A stretch of 62,033 bases of DNA, counting the filler. It is 8 parts of 8 records of this genome, joined end to end, with 100 filler letters (N's around TTAATTAATTAA, not from the genome) between each part and the next. Parts side by side here need not be neighbours in the genome. Positions count along the whole stretch, not along the records: positions 18,285 to 27,047 come from SRR31156797_105923; positions 27,148 to 39,498 come from SRR31156797_105940; 6 more parts are not named here. One strand, 5' to 3'. The translations under genes were made by a program, and so were the position numbers. Below the pieces are notes generated by a model. The model saw nothing but the letters and a program-made list of their open reading frames with translations. It was not told the DNA's origin and searched no databases. This document shows, one piece after another, positions 20,035-29,765 of the stretch; within the stretch, counting starts at the first letter, position 1; each line of letters begins with the position of its first letter.

Positions 20035-21618
20035 ATGGACAATGGAAATGGAAAGTTTCTGCGCACCGTTGCAGGGATTTATTTAGGGGTGCTAGTCGTC
20101 GCTGCAGTGTTTTGCGGCGTGATTTTAACTGGTTTCAGCAATGAATCGTGGGCAATGACTGGATTGGCTTCCGGCTTGATTGCTCTTCTGGTTCTGCTGG
20201 GAATCTGTATTTTTACCGTTCTCAAAAATCAGGTCGTCCGGCCTGTGGAATGCCTTACAAATTTTGCTAACCTTGTGATTAAGGGTAAGTACTCGGAAGC
20301 TGATAAATGTAACAGCACCGGGCTTGACGGCTTACGCGCTGCAATGAGCGAGTTGAGTTATTCTTATAAGGAACGGCTCGGCTTCAGCAACAGTATCCTT
20401 GAAGGTCTGCCTCTGGGTTGCTGTATTGTAGACCTTAAGGAACACATCAACTTTTTGAACAAGGAATGCCTTGAGATGATCGGCTCTAACGAACAGCCGC
20501 AGTCATATTACGGGCGTATGATTTCCCAGATTTTTTACCACGATGACCGCAAGTCCCTTATCGGACATTGCATGGATGATGATACTCGGGCCATGAATCG
20601 AGAGGTTATCTTCAAGCATGTGGACGGCAGTGATATCAACGTGCTGGCTAACCTTTTTCCTCTGCATGATGTGGTGGGCAATGTGATCGGTGGTTGCTGT
20701 TTGTACATTAACACCACTGAATTGAAGCAGCGTGAAGCATATATTCTTGAACAGAACGAATTGATCGCCAAGGCCGCTGATCAGGCTGACTCCGTGGTTT
20801 ATGAGCTTAGCAGCGCTGCTGAACAGTTGCGTGGATTGGTTGGGGAGGCCCGCAAGGGAGCCATGGTTCAGAGTGAGGAGGCCGGACAGGCCGCTACTGC
20901 TATGGAAGAAATGAATGCCACTGTGCTCGAGGTTGCCCGCCATGCGCAGGAGGCTGCTAGTGACGCTGATAAAGCTAAGGCTGATGCGGAAAAAGGCGAA
21001 GATACCGTTGCCGGGGTTGTTAGCGCTATTGATGAAGTTTCCGGTCAGGCTAATTCCCTGAAAGCTTCCATGGAAGATCTGGACGTTAAGGCGGAAGCCA
21101 TCGGTAATGTCCTTAGCGTGATTGAAGATATCGCGGACCAGACCAATCTGCTGGCTCTGAACGCCGCAATTGAGGCTGCCCGGGCAGGTGAGGCCGGACG
21201 CGGATTTGCCGTTGTTGCTGACGAAGTCCGCAAACTTGCGGAAAAGACTGTGCAGGCCACAACCGAGGTTCATCAGGCTGTTTCCAATATCCAGCAGGGA
21301 GCCAAGACTAATGTGCAGGCTACCGAGGCTGCAGTTGAGTCTGTAACCCGCAGCACCGCGCTGGCCGGAGAATCCGGCGATGCTCTGGCCCGTATTGTTT
21401 CCATGTCCGAAGAAACTTCTGACCGGATCAGGTCCATTGCCACTGCTGCCGAGCAGCAGGCCGCAGCCAGTGAGCAGATCAACCGATCCACTGAAACGGT
21501 CAACCGCATTTCAAACGAGACCGAACAGGCCATGGTTGAGTCGTCGGAAGCTATTGAAAAGCTGGCCCAACTGGCAGACAGCCTCTCCGATATCATTCAC
21601 GGAATGCAGAATAAGTAA
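20035..21618 (+). CDS. methyl-accepting chemotaxis protein with cytoplasmic PAS domain
   Basis: two N-terminal TM helices, PAS-like region, [40 protein letters not shown]. Confidence 0.95.
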   Translation: MDNGNGKFLRTVAGIYLGVLVVAAVFCGVILTGFSNESWAMTGLASGLIALLVLLGICIFTVLKNQVVRPVECLTNFANLVIKGKYSEADKCNSTGLDGLRAAMSELSYSYKERLGFSNSILEGLPLGCCIVDLKEHINFLNKECLEMIGSNEQPQSYYGRMISQIFYHDDRKSLIGHCMDDDTRAMNREVIFKHVDGSDINVLANLFPLHDVVGNVIGGCCLYINTTELKQREAYILEQNELIAKAADQADSVVYELSSAAEQLRGLVGEARKGAMVQSEEAGQAATAMEEMNATVLEVARHAQEAASDADKAKADAEKGEDTVAGVVSAIDEVSGQANSLKASMEDLDVKAEAIGNVLSVIEDIADQTNLLALNAAIEAARAGEAGRGFAVVADEVRKLAEKTVQATTEVHQAVSNIQQGAKTNVQATEAAVESVTRSTALAGESGDALARIVSMSEETSDRIRSIATAAEQQAAASEQINRSTETVNRISNETEQAMVESSEAIEKLAQLADSLSDIIHGMQNK

Positions 21619-21660
21619 AAATAAATGGGGCAGGTCTAATTGGACCTGCCCCATTTATTT
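21619..21660. terminator. bidirectional terminator
   Basis: aaataaatggggcaggtc...gacctgccccatttattt between convergent genes. Confidence 0.85.
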
Positions 21661-21712
21661 ATGGCACTGAACGCACCTATCCCCTCAGCCTGAGGAGTTT
21701 TCGTTTCTTTGT

Positions 21713-23032
21713 TCAAAATCCGTAGCGCAGGTAATCCTTGTCCTTGCGGTTGATCAGCTGGATGTAGCGATAGCGGCTTTTAACCTGCGCTTCTTCAAGT
21801 AGTGAATAGCCCTGATTACGGCAGGAATCGCAGGCCGCAGCCGGGATTTCAAGACCAAAGCCCATGGGGCCGCCTTCGCGCTGGGTCTCCACCTTGAGCA
21901 ATCCCCGACAGTTGTCGCAGAGCAGCAGGGATTCGGTTTGGGATTCAGTGAATCCTTCGGTGTCGTAGAAAATATTGCGATGACGCACGGACCAGCCTCC
22001 ACTGATAACACCTTCAAAACTCTCCGCCGGCGGATTGAAATAAATCTCCTTAACCCCTTCACAGATGGTCGCAATGTAATTCATGACTTCTTCAGATTCC
22101 CTGAGTGTTTCAGGGTTGAAGCCAGGTTCGCGTACGTGGGAATAGTCTACCCCTGCCATAGCCAGACTGATACCAAGATTCACGTATGGCAAGGCACCCT
22201 GAATGGCGTAGCCGCCTTCAAGTACGGCAATGTCCGGCTTGAGCATGGAGTTGAGTGCAGCATAACCCTGCGCTGAGAAATTCATGTTGGTGATCGGGTC
22301 GGTGAAATGGTTGTCCTGTCCGGCTGAGTTGATGATCAGGTCCGGTTTGAAATCCTCAAGAATGGGCATAACCGCATTTTCCATAACCATCATGAATCCG
22401 TCATCGGATGTTCCGGGAGGTAGGGGAATGTTCACTGTGCGTCCGAGGGCTTTGGGGCCGCCTGATTCTTTGGGGAAGCCTGTGCCGGGATAAAGGGTCC
22501 GCCCGTCCTGATGCAAGGATATGAACAGGGTGTCCGGATCGTGCCAGTATACATCCTGTGTGCCGTCCCCGTGGTGGCAGTCGGTATCCACAATGGCGAT
22601 GCGCTTGGGGCCGTAATTCTCGCGGATGTACTCACACATGATGGCTTCTATGTTGATGGCGCAGAATCCGCGTGAACCCTGCACGCTCTTCATGGCGTGG
22701 TGTCCCGGCGGACGCACGAGGGCAAAAGCTCTGTCCCGCTCTCCTTCCATAACCAATTGTGCAGCTTTGATGGCCCCGCCTGCTGAAATACAGTGCGAAC
22801 GGGTGGCAATGGCCTCTGCTTCTGGAAAACAGAAATGTACCCGTTCAATATCTTCGCTGGTGGCCACTTCGGGCTTGTATTCGCGGATGCCTTCGATGTC
22901 GAATAGTCCTTCCTCGCGCAGTTGGTCCTGCGTGTAGAGCAGTCTTTCCTCACGTTCCGGGTGGGTGGGGGAAATTGCCCAGTCAAAGGCGGGGAAAAAT
23001 ATGATTCCCAGACTGTTTTCAGCCTTGAGCAT
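21713..23032 (-). CDS. histone deacetylase family amidohydrolase with C-terminal CxxC...CxxC extension
   Basis: RPPGHHA, DTDCHHGDGTQ, SAGQD, LEGGY; CDNC and CDSC near C-terminus. Confidence 0.92.
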   Translation of the reverse strand: MLKAENSLGIIFFPAFDWAISPTHPEREERLLYTQDQLREEGLFDIEGIREYKPEVATSEDIERVHFCFPEAEAIATRSHCISAGGAIKAAQLVMEGERDRAFALVRPPGHHAMKSVQGSRGFCAINIEAIMCEYIRENYGPKRIAIVDTDCHHGDGTQDVYWHDPDTLFISLHQDGRTLYPGTGFPKESGGPKALGRTVNIPLPPGTSDDGFMMVMENAVMPILEDFKPDLIINSAGQDNHFTDPITNMNFSAQGYAALNSMLKPDIAVLEGGYAIQGALPYVNLGISLAMAGVDYSHVREPGFNPETLRESEEVMNYIATICEGVKEIYFNPPAESFEGVISGGWSVRHRNIFYDTEGFTESQTESLLLCDNCRGLLKVETQREGGPMGFGLEIPAAACDSCRNQGYSLLEEAQVKSRYRYIQLINRKDKDYLRYGF

Positions 23033-23044
23033 TCTAAACTCCGT

Positions 23045-24709
23045 TTATGAATATGTCCGGTCCACGCCGGGTTTGATCTGACATTTTACCCTGATATTGC
23101 GCCCTACAGTGCTGGCTCCGTTAACCATATTAAATGACGAGGAATTGGTGATCTGAGCATTGGAGCCGTCCGAGGCCACGTGCATTTCGCCGAGATGAGC
23201 CAGCAGATGGTTCATGGCATCCTTTTCCGCGTCTTCGAGTTTGTAATTGCGGGGGATGTTCTCGCGGTGCCCCAGAGAGGGGATGAACATGAGTCCGCGT
23301 TCGGTGTCGGCGAAAAGCTCCAGTTCGGTGGTTGTTCGGGTCAGGGCCGCGCCGATGGCATTGGCTACATCATAGTTCTGCGGCACTTCGGTGGAAAGGC
23401 GGAACTTGCGGAAGACGTCCATTTTCATGGCTTGTGCTGGGCCGCCCATGATGTAGATCTTGCGGGGGATGATTTTCCTGTTCTCAAGCAGTTCGTGGAT
23501 GGTGTAGACTGGCTGTTGGTTGATTTCATTCACGAGGGAGCGGGTGGAATCGTGGATTTTGTCCACAGCGTATCCGATGGCCTGATCTGCCAGTTCGTCG
23601 GGTTCCAGACCTTGTTTGGCTGCGAAAGCAGTGAAGCCGGATTTAGAGCGTTCAGTATTGCCGCAATCGCAGGAATCTTTCCAGATGAGTGCGTCAGTGA
23701 GAGTGGGGATTTCTCCCCCGAAAGCAATGGACGGGCCTAGACGAGTGGGGCCGACTCGGACGCTGCCATTAAATATTGATATGGCTGAATCTCCGCCGAT
23801 GCCGATGGAATGGACTTTTAAAGCCCGCACAAGGGTGGGGTGGGAGCCGATGTGGATGCCTTCCTGCTCGATAAGCGGGCTGCCTCCAGCAAAAATTGCA
23901 ATGTCGGTGGTGGTCCCTCCAATATCGTAGATTATGGAGTCATGGGTGATGTTGCACAGAGCGATGATGCCCATGACGCTTGCAGCGGGACCGGAAAAAA
24001 TGGATTGCACCGGAACTTTGCGTGAAAGGCCCAGCGGCATGGTTCCCCCGTCCGCCTTGAGGATGTTGACCTTGATCTGACCGAGTCCCATTTCATCTAG
24101 GGTATCGGAAATGGCGTCGGCGAATTTGTTGAAAACCCTCCAGACTGCACAATTGTAGAAGGCGGTGGAAATGCGGCGCGGGAAGTTCAGTCTCCCGGTC
24201 AGTTGATGGCCGAGGGTGATGAAGTCCGCGTTGTCGCCGATGGCAAGTTCAATTGATTTTTCATGGGCCGGGTTGCGGGGGGAAAATTTGGTGACCGCTG
24301 CATAGACTTTGATTCCGGAGTTGCGGCAGGAAACAATTGCTTCTTCAAGGGAGAGGTTGTCTAGCCTTTTGGTCTCTGATCCGCGGTGGTCCAGTGAACC
24401 GGGAATGACGTGGAAATCCTTGCAGGTCATAAAAGAATGAGGATCGAGGCCCGGGCCTGCAGATACAATGACGCCCACATCTTCGTAATTCCCTTCCACA
24501 ATGGAGTTGGTGGACAGGGTTGTAGACAGGTTCAGCTGACGTATGCGGGACGGGTCGGTGTGGCGGAGAATTTCTCCAAGGCTGTTCCTGATGGAAGAGA
24601 GCAGATTGTCGTGTTCAGTGGCAACCTTGACCTGCGCTTCCAATCCGTCAGGACCTATGGCAACGGCGTCTGTATGGGTTCCGCCGACATCAATTCCGAG
24701 AAGGAGCAT
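23045..24709 (-). CDS. hydantoinase/oxoprolinase family (HyuA-like) protein
   Basis: GIDVGGTHTD, LSTTLSTN, SGPAAS, DIGGTTTD, IGIGGDS, PTLTDA, VANAIGAA. Confidence 0.92.
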   Translation of the reverse strand: MLLLGIDVGGTHTDAVAIGPDGLEAQVKVATEHDNLLSSIRNSLGEILRHTDPSRIRQLNLSTTLSTNSIVEGNYEDVGVIVSAGPGLDPHSFMTCKDFHVIPGSLDHRGSETKRLDNLSLEEAIVSCRNSGIKVYAAVTKFSPRNPAHEKSIELAIGDNADFITLGHQLTGRLNFPRRISTAFYNCAVWRVFNKFADAISDTLDEMGLGQIKVNILKADGGTMPLGLSRKVPVQSIFSGPAASVMGIIALCNITHDSIIYDIGGTTTDIAIFAGGSPLIEQEGIHIGSHPTLVRALKVHSIGIGGDSAISIFNGSVRVGPTRLGPSIAFGGEIPTLTDALIWKDSCDCGNTERSKSGFTAFAAKQGLEPDELADQAIGYAVDKIHDSTRSLVNEINQQPVYTIHELLENRKIIPRKIYIMGGPAQAMKMDVFRKFRLSTEVPQNYDVANAIGAALTRTTTELELFADTERGLMFIPSLGHRENIPRNYKLEDAEKDAMNHLLAHLGEMHVASDGSNAQITNSSSFNMVNGASTVGRNIRVKCQIKPGVDRTYS

Positions 24710-24887
24710 CTGATAATTCCTTGAATTCTTCTCCCGTTTTATGCGGGAGGCTGGTGAGCAGTATTACATTAATGAATCGATCCATTCATTTATCTAGCAC
24801 CCGGCCAATGTTGACGTCCAGAGCTTTTACCGTCAGCGGTTTGATGTGTTCCGTGAGCGGTTTTATGGTTCTTGTTTACGGATGGTG

Positions 24888-26423
24888 TTATTGGTTCTTG
24901 CTGATTCCAAGTTTTTTCATGCGCGAATCAAAGGTGGAACGGTTTACTTCCGCTGCCCGGGCTGCGCGGCTGATATTCCAGCGGTATTTCTCCAGAAGTT
25001 TCATTATGTAGGCGTATTCCATCTCTTTCCAAGTGAATGAGCCGAGGTCTTCCTGCGGTCTATCCGGAATAGTTTTTGTTTCCCCCTGTTTGCAGTCAGT
25101 TCTTTCCACAGGAGGTTTGGTGCCGGGATGCACAATGTGCAAGGGCAGGTCCTTGATGGAAATTGTATCGCCGGGAACCATGGCTTGAAATTGTTTGACC
25201 ATGTTTTCCAGTTCGCGGATGTTTCCTGGCCAGTTGTACTTTCCCATAGCTGTCATGGCTTCGCTGGACATGTTTTTGGGCAGCATGTGGCTATGGGCAG
25301 CTTCACGGTTTAGGAAATGTCCGGTCAGCAGGTGGATGTCTTCTCTTCGTTCGCGCAGGGCGGGCAGCTTGAGGGGCAGAACGTTGAGCCTGTAATAGAG
25401 GTCTTCCCTGAATCTGCCGGAACGCACATCCTCTTCAAGGTTGCGGTTGGTGGCTGAGATGATACGAATATCTATTTTTTTGGTATGCGTTCCACCAAGA
25501 GGTTTGATTTCACTCTCCTGCAATACACGCAACAGTTTGGCTTGCAGATTGATGTCCATATCTCCTATTTCATCAAGAAATACAGTGCCTCCATCTGCAG
25601 CTTCAAATAGGCCGGATTTATTACTGGTGGCCCCGGTAAAGGCTCCTTTTACATAGCCGAACAGTTCACTTTCAAGCAGGTTTTCGGGGATGGCGCTGCA
25701 GTTCTGGGTCAGGAAAGGTTTTTGAGCGCGTGAACTCTGGGCGTGGATTTCTTCAGCAAAGAGTTCCTTACCGGTCCCGGACTCACCGTAGAGCAGAACC
25801 GGATAGTTGGTGGCTCCGTAGTTTTTGACCAGTTTGAGGGCTTTGTTTACGGATTGACTTTTGCCCACAATGGTTTTGTTGTTTCTGATGCTGCTCAAGG
25901 TTCGACTGAGCTGGGCGAATTCAATGCGCTGTTTTTGGAATTCAATGGAATTGCGTAAGGAAATGGAGCCGATGTCCACCATGTCCTGCAGCATGGTGAG
26001 GTAAGCCGGGTCAAGATTGAGCTGTTCTCCGGCCGCGCTGGTGTCGATAACCTGCACTGCTCCATACACTTCTTGTCCTTCAAGTTTAAGTGGAAAGCAG
26101 AGGATCAAGCGGCTTTTAATTTTGAAATTTTTTTCCAGCAAACTGTAGTGGCGTGAGTCACCTGCCTCCGCAATGGTCATCTTTCCGTTTTGAATGACCC
26201 AGCCCACAATGCTTTTTTCCTGCGGGGGTATTTTTACTCCCTTGACGTCTTCGCTTTTCTCTCCCAGCGCTTCAACACATTCATACATGCCGTCGCGCTC
26301 CAGCCAAAGGGACCCGCGCTCAACATTTTGTAGTTTAAGCAGCAGAGTCAGAATTTGTTGTTGCAATTTTTCCGGGTCTAATTCTTTCGAAAGGGCCTTG
26401 TAATCATTTACGGATATAGTCAT
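24888..26423 (-). CDS. GAF-domain sigma54-dependent transcriptional activator
   Basis: [47 protein letters not shown], Fis-type HTH. Confidence 0.95.
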   Translation of the reverse strand: MTISVNDYKALSKELDPEKLQQQILTLLLKLQNVERGSLWLERDGMYECVEALGEKSEDVKGVKIPPQEKSIVGWVIQNGKMTIAEAGDSRHYSLLEKNFKIKSRLILCFPLKLEGQEVYGAVQVIDTSAAGEQLNLDPAYLTMLQDMVDIGSISLRNSIEFQKQRIEFAQLSRTLSSIRNNKTIVGKSQSVNKALKLVKNYGATNYPVLLYGESGTGKELFAEEIHAQSSRAQKPFLTQNCSAIPENLLESELFGYVKGAFTGATSNKSGLFEAADGGTVFLDEIGDMDINLQAKLLRVLQESEIKPLGGTHTKKIDIRIISATNRNLEEDVRSGRFREDLYYRLNVLPLKLPALRERREDIHLLTGHFLNREAAHSHMLPKNMSSEAMTAMGKYNWPGNIRELENMVKQFQAMVPGDTISIKDLPLHIVHPGTKPPVERTDCKQGETKTIPDRPQEDLGSFTWKEMEYAYIMKLLEKYRWNISRAARAAEVNRSTFDSRMKKLGISKNQ

Positions 26424-26593
26424 AATAAGTGGTTTCGATCAGATGTTTTGATGGTATTATTTAGTTATATTTTTGATATGTCGTTAAAGTTGTGTCTTGT
26501 CAACATCGGTTACTCGTTAAATAATTGAGGAGGAGACTGAGTTTGCTGAGTGATCCCTTTAAAACTGTGCTGTCAGGGGTTCTTGATAAAGTT

Positions 26594-26609
26594 TGGCACG
26601 GATGGTGCT
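26594..26609 (+). promoter_or_regulatory. sigma54 -24/-12 promoter
   Basis: TGGCACGGATGGTGCT (GG-N10-GC), divergent from the sigma54 activator. Confidence 0.75.
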
Positions 26610-26635
26610 GTATGGAAAGCAGCTTGTTAGTCAAG

Positions 26636-26690
26636 TATGGACCGGAGAGCCCACTCCACCTCCCCGACCCCTCCGGGCTTTCCGGTCCAT
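26636..26690 (+). ncRNA. candidate structured leader or sRNA hairpin with C-rich anti-SD loop
   Basis: 17-bp stem tatggaccggagagccc/gggctttccggtccata (one G-U pair); loop actccacctccccgaccctcc. Confidence 0.5.
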
Positions 26691-26744
26691 AACCTTTTCA
26701 AGAGCAAATTCGACGCAATTCCTCGAATATACGGAGATGATCTG

Positions 26745-26978
26745 ATGAGTAGTGTTGAAACTTTAGTATCCATGCATCGGGAAGATATGGCTCTCTTAAG
26801 AACTGAAGCCAAGCAGGCCAGAAGAGAGCGATTGGATAATAGTCGTGAAATGGATCTGGCATTTAAGGATCTGCGCAGCAAACTTTCCGCTGAAATGCCG
26901 GTAACAAGTTCTTTTTCTTTTAAACTCCGTGCTCCTATAGCTCTTATGGCTACCTTGATGGGAGTGATTGGTTTTTAA
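26745..26978 (+). CDS. small hypothetical protein (77 aa)
   Basis: GGAG RBS then MSSVETLVSMHRED...; helical charged core and hydrophobic C-terminus. Confidence 0.55.
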   Translation: MSSVETLVSMHREDMALLRTEAKQARRERLDNSREMDLAFKDLRSKLSAEMPVTSSFSFKLRAPIALMATLMGVIGF

Positions 26979-27047
26979 GTGGTTTTGTGTCCTGCCGTTG
27001 TGGTAGGATGATCGCCGATAAAAAAGCCCGTTCATCAGCTGATGAAC

Positions 27048-27147
27048 NNNNNNNNNNNNNNNNNNNNNNNNNNNNNNNNNNNNNNNNNNNNTTAATTAAT
27101 TAANNNNNNNNNNNNNNNNNNNNNNNNNNNNNNNNNNNNNNNNNNNN
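27048..27147. other. artificial contig spacer
   Basis: N44-TTAATTAATTAA-N44. Confidence 0.99.
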
Positions 27148-27148
27148 A

Positions 27149-29719
27149 TGGCTTGATTCAGGGAAAGCCGATTTTATACACGATACCGGCTATACAAAAG
27201 ACAGAGATGAGTTTCTCGACTATAGCAAGACTATCATTGAGATGCCCGAGACGATTTTTGTTCGTTCAGACCAGTACGATATTACAGGACTCCATTCACT
27301 TAAAGGTAAAAAAGTTGCGTGTGTGAATAAACACATATCCCATACATATTTACAATCCTTTCCAGGAATTTCTTGCTATGTTGTAAAAACCCCGGTTGAA
27401 GGCATATTTGAGCTGATTTCAAAAAATGTAGATGCGTTTGTTTACCCGAAACAGATCGTTCTGTATCTTACACAAAATTTAAGACTGACGGATAAAATTA
27501 AAATCACAGGAGATCCGTTAAGAGTTCTGACTTGGTCAATGGTTGTCAAAGAAGGGAACAAAGAAGTATTATCGCTTTTAAATGAAGGGATCGAGGAGGT
27601 TAAAAAATCCGGTGAGTATGACCGTATTTACGATAAATGGTGGGGCAAAAGAGCACTTACAGGATACTCAAAGAAAGAGCTTCAAATCATAACAACTATT
27701 GCGGTGGTAATGGCGATTATTGTCGTGTCTCTGATAGCTCTCCTTATTTACAGCCAGATACTCCGCTCCAGAAAAAATAAGTTAAAAAAAGAAATTTCTC
27801 AGAGAAAACGGGTTGAGACCCAGCTGAGGGAAAGTGAAAAAAAATACCGGGCTTTCTTTCAGAATTCATGTGATCCAATGTTGATTCTTCATGCTGGAGT
27901 TTTTATAGACTGCAATGATGCAGCGGTAATGGCCTTGGGGTATCAGAAAGCTGAGGAAATTATAAACCTTCCTCCGTCAGCATTGTCTCCAGAGTACCAG
28001 CTTAATGGAAAAAAAACCACTGATAAGAAAGCAGAAGTGGTAGAAATTGCCTATCGGCAAGGATCGCACCGCTTTGAGTGGGAGCATCAAAAAAAAAATG
28101 GAGATGTGTTTCCTGTAGAGGTCTCTTTAACCGCCATGCCTTCTGAAGGAAAAATGGTATTGCTTGTTGTCTGGCGGGATATTTCAAACCAAAAGAGAGC
28201 CGAAGCCCGAAACGAAAGATTGATAATGGCGATTGAACAATCAGCAGAATCAATTGTAATTACCGATACAAATGCAACCATTCAGTATGTAAATCCTGCA
28301 TTTGAAACGATTACAGGCTATTCACATGAGGAAGTGCTGGGCAAAAATCCAAATGTGCTGAAAAGCGGAGAACAAAACAAGTCCTTTTATCAGAACATGT
28401 GGAACATCTTGCAAAAACCTGCAACATGGACCGGACGATTGATTAATAAAAAAAAAGACGGCACTCTTTATACTGAAGAAGCAACGATTTCGCCCGTTTT
28501 AAATGCCTCGGACAAAGTTGTGAATTATGTGGCTGTTAAGCGTGATATTACGGATGAAATAAAGATAGAAAATAGGCTTCAGCAAGCCCAGAAAATGGAA
28601 GCCATCGGGAGTTTGGCTGGGGGGATTGCCCACGACTTTAACAATATACTGGTTCCTATAGTCGGGATGGCTGAAATGCTGATTGAAGATCTGTCGGATA
28701 AAAAACCTGAACAGCAATATGCACGTGAAATATTTAGAGCAGGCAAAAGAGCCGCCGATCTGGTTCAACAAATTCTGGCATTCGGTCGTCAAACAGATCA
28801 TAAAACCATGCCGATAAAAATTCAATCAGTTATTAAAGAGGTTCTCAAGTTATGTAGGTCTACTATTCCCTCGGACATTGAGATTAAGCAGGATATTCAA
28901 CATGATTGCGGGCTTGTAAAAGCAGATTCCACCCAAATCCACCAGGTGGCGATGAATTTGATCACTAACGCATATCATGCCGTTGCAGAGAAAAGCGGTA
29001 GGATCTCTGTCCACCTCAAAGATTTTGATTTGTGCCAGGGGGATTTCCCAGAAAGTGAACTTAAACCGGGTCGGTACGTTCAGTGTACAGTTTCTGATAC
29101 CGGCTGCGGTATAGAGCCCGGTGTCATGGATAAAATTTTTGAACCATATTTTACGACCAAGGAGCAAGGTAAAGGAACCGGGCTCGGTCTTGCAACTGTA
29201 TATGGAATCGTCAAGGAGTACCAAGGAGATATCACGGTATACAGTGAGTTGGGAAAAGGGACTACATTCAATGTGTTCCTGCCGGTATTAGAGGAAACCG
29301 ATGATACTGAAATCGCTCCACACCCGGAAAGGCTGCAAACAGGAACTGAACGAATTCTTTTAGTTGATGATGAAGAACCTATAGCAGAGATTGAAAAACT
29401 CATGCTGGAGAAACTGGGCTATAGTGTAATCTCTTTTACTAACAGTATTGAAGCCTTAAAAGCGTTCCAATCCAATCCGAAAGCCTATGATTTGATTATT
29501 ACTGACATGACAATGCCCCAAATGACGGGTGATTTGCTTTCAAGGGCACTCAAAGAGATCAGACATGACATACCTATCCTAATCTGTACCGGATTTAGTG
29601 AAAGGATTGATCAGAAAAAAATGGAAGCGATCGGAGTAAATGGGATTCTAATGAAACCGATTGCAAGGGTGGCGTTGTCTAAAAAGGTCCGTGAAATTTT
29701 AGGCAAAAAAGTAATTTGA
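27149..29719 (+). CDS. hybrid sensor histidine kinase (family 3 SBP domain, 2 PAS, HisKA/HATPase, REC), 5' truncated
   Basis: frame is open from the contig start; QKMEAIGSLAGGIAHDFNN, KGTGLGL, ILLVDDE, ITDMTMP. Confidence 0.93.
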   Translation, partial: WLDSGKADFIHDTGYTKDRDEFLDYSKTIIEMPETIFVRSDQYDITGLHSLKGKKVACVNKHISHTYLQSFPGISCYVVKTPVEGIFELISKNVDAFVYPKQIVLYLTQNLRLTDKIKITGDPLRVLTWSMVVKEGNKEVLSLLNEGIEEVKKSGEYDRIYDKWWGKRALTGYSKKELQIITTIAVVMAIIVVSLIALLIYSQILRSRKNKLKKEISQRKRVETQLRESEKKYRAFFQNSCDPMLILHAGVFIDCNDAAVMALGYQKAEEIINLPPSALSPEYQLNGKKTTDKKAEVVEIAYRQGSHRFEWEHQKKNGDVFPVEVSLTAMPSEGKMVLLVVWRDISNQKRAEARNERLIMAIEQSAESIVITDTNATIQYVNPAFETITGYSHEEVLGKNPNVLKSGEQNKSFYQNMWNILQKPATWTGRLINKKKDGTLYTEEATISPVLNASDKVVNYVAVKRDITDEIKIENRLQQAQKMEAIGSLAGGIAHDFNNILVPIVGMAEMLIEDLSDKKPEQQYAREIFRAGKRAADLVQQILAFGRQTDHKTMPIKIQSVIKEVLKLCRSTIPSDIEIKQDIQHDCGLVKADSTQIHQVAMNLITNAYHAVAEKSGRISVHLKDFDLCQGDFPESELKPGRYVQCTVSDTGCGIEPGVMDKIFEPYFTTKEQGKGTGLGLATVYGIVKEYQGDITVYSELGKGTTFNVFLPVLEETDDTEIAPHPERLQTGTERILLVDDEEPIAEIEKLMLEKLGYSVISFTNSIEALKAFQSNPKAYDLIITDMTMPQMTGDLLSRALKEIRHDIPILICTGFSERIDQKKMEAIGVNGILMKPIARVALSKKVREILGKKVI

Positions 29720-29765
29720 CCTGTTTAAAATAAGGAAACTGAAAGCGATCATTGTTGGTATTATC

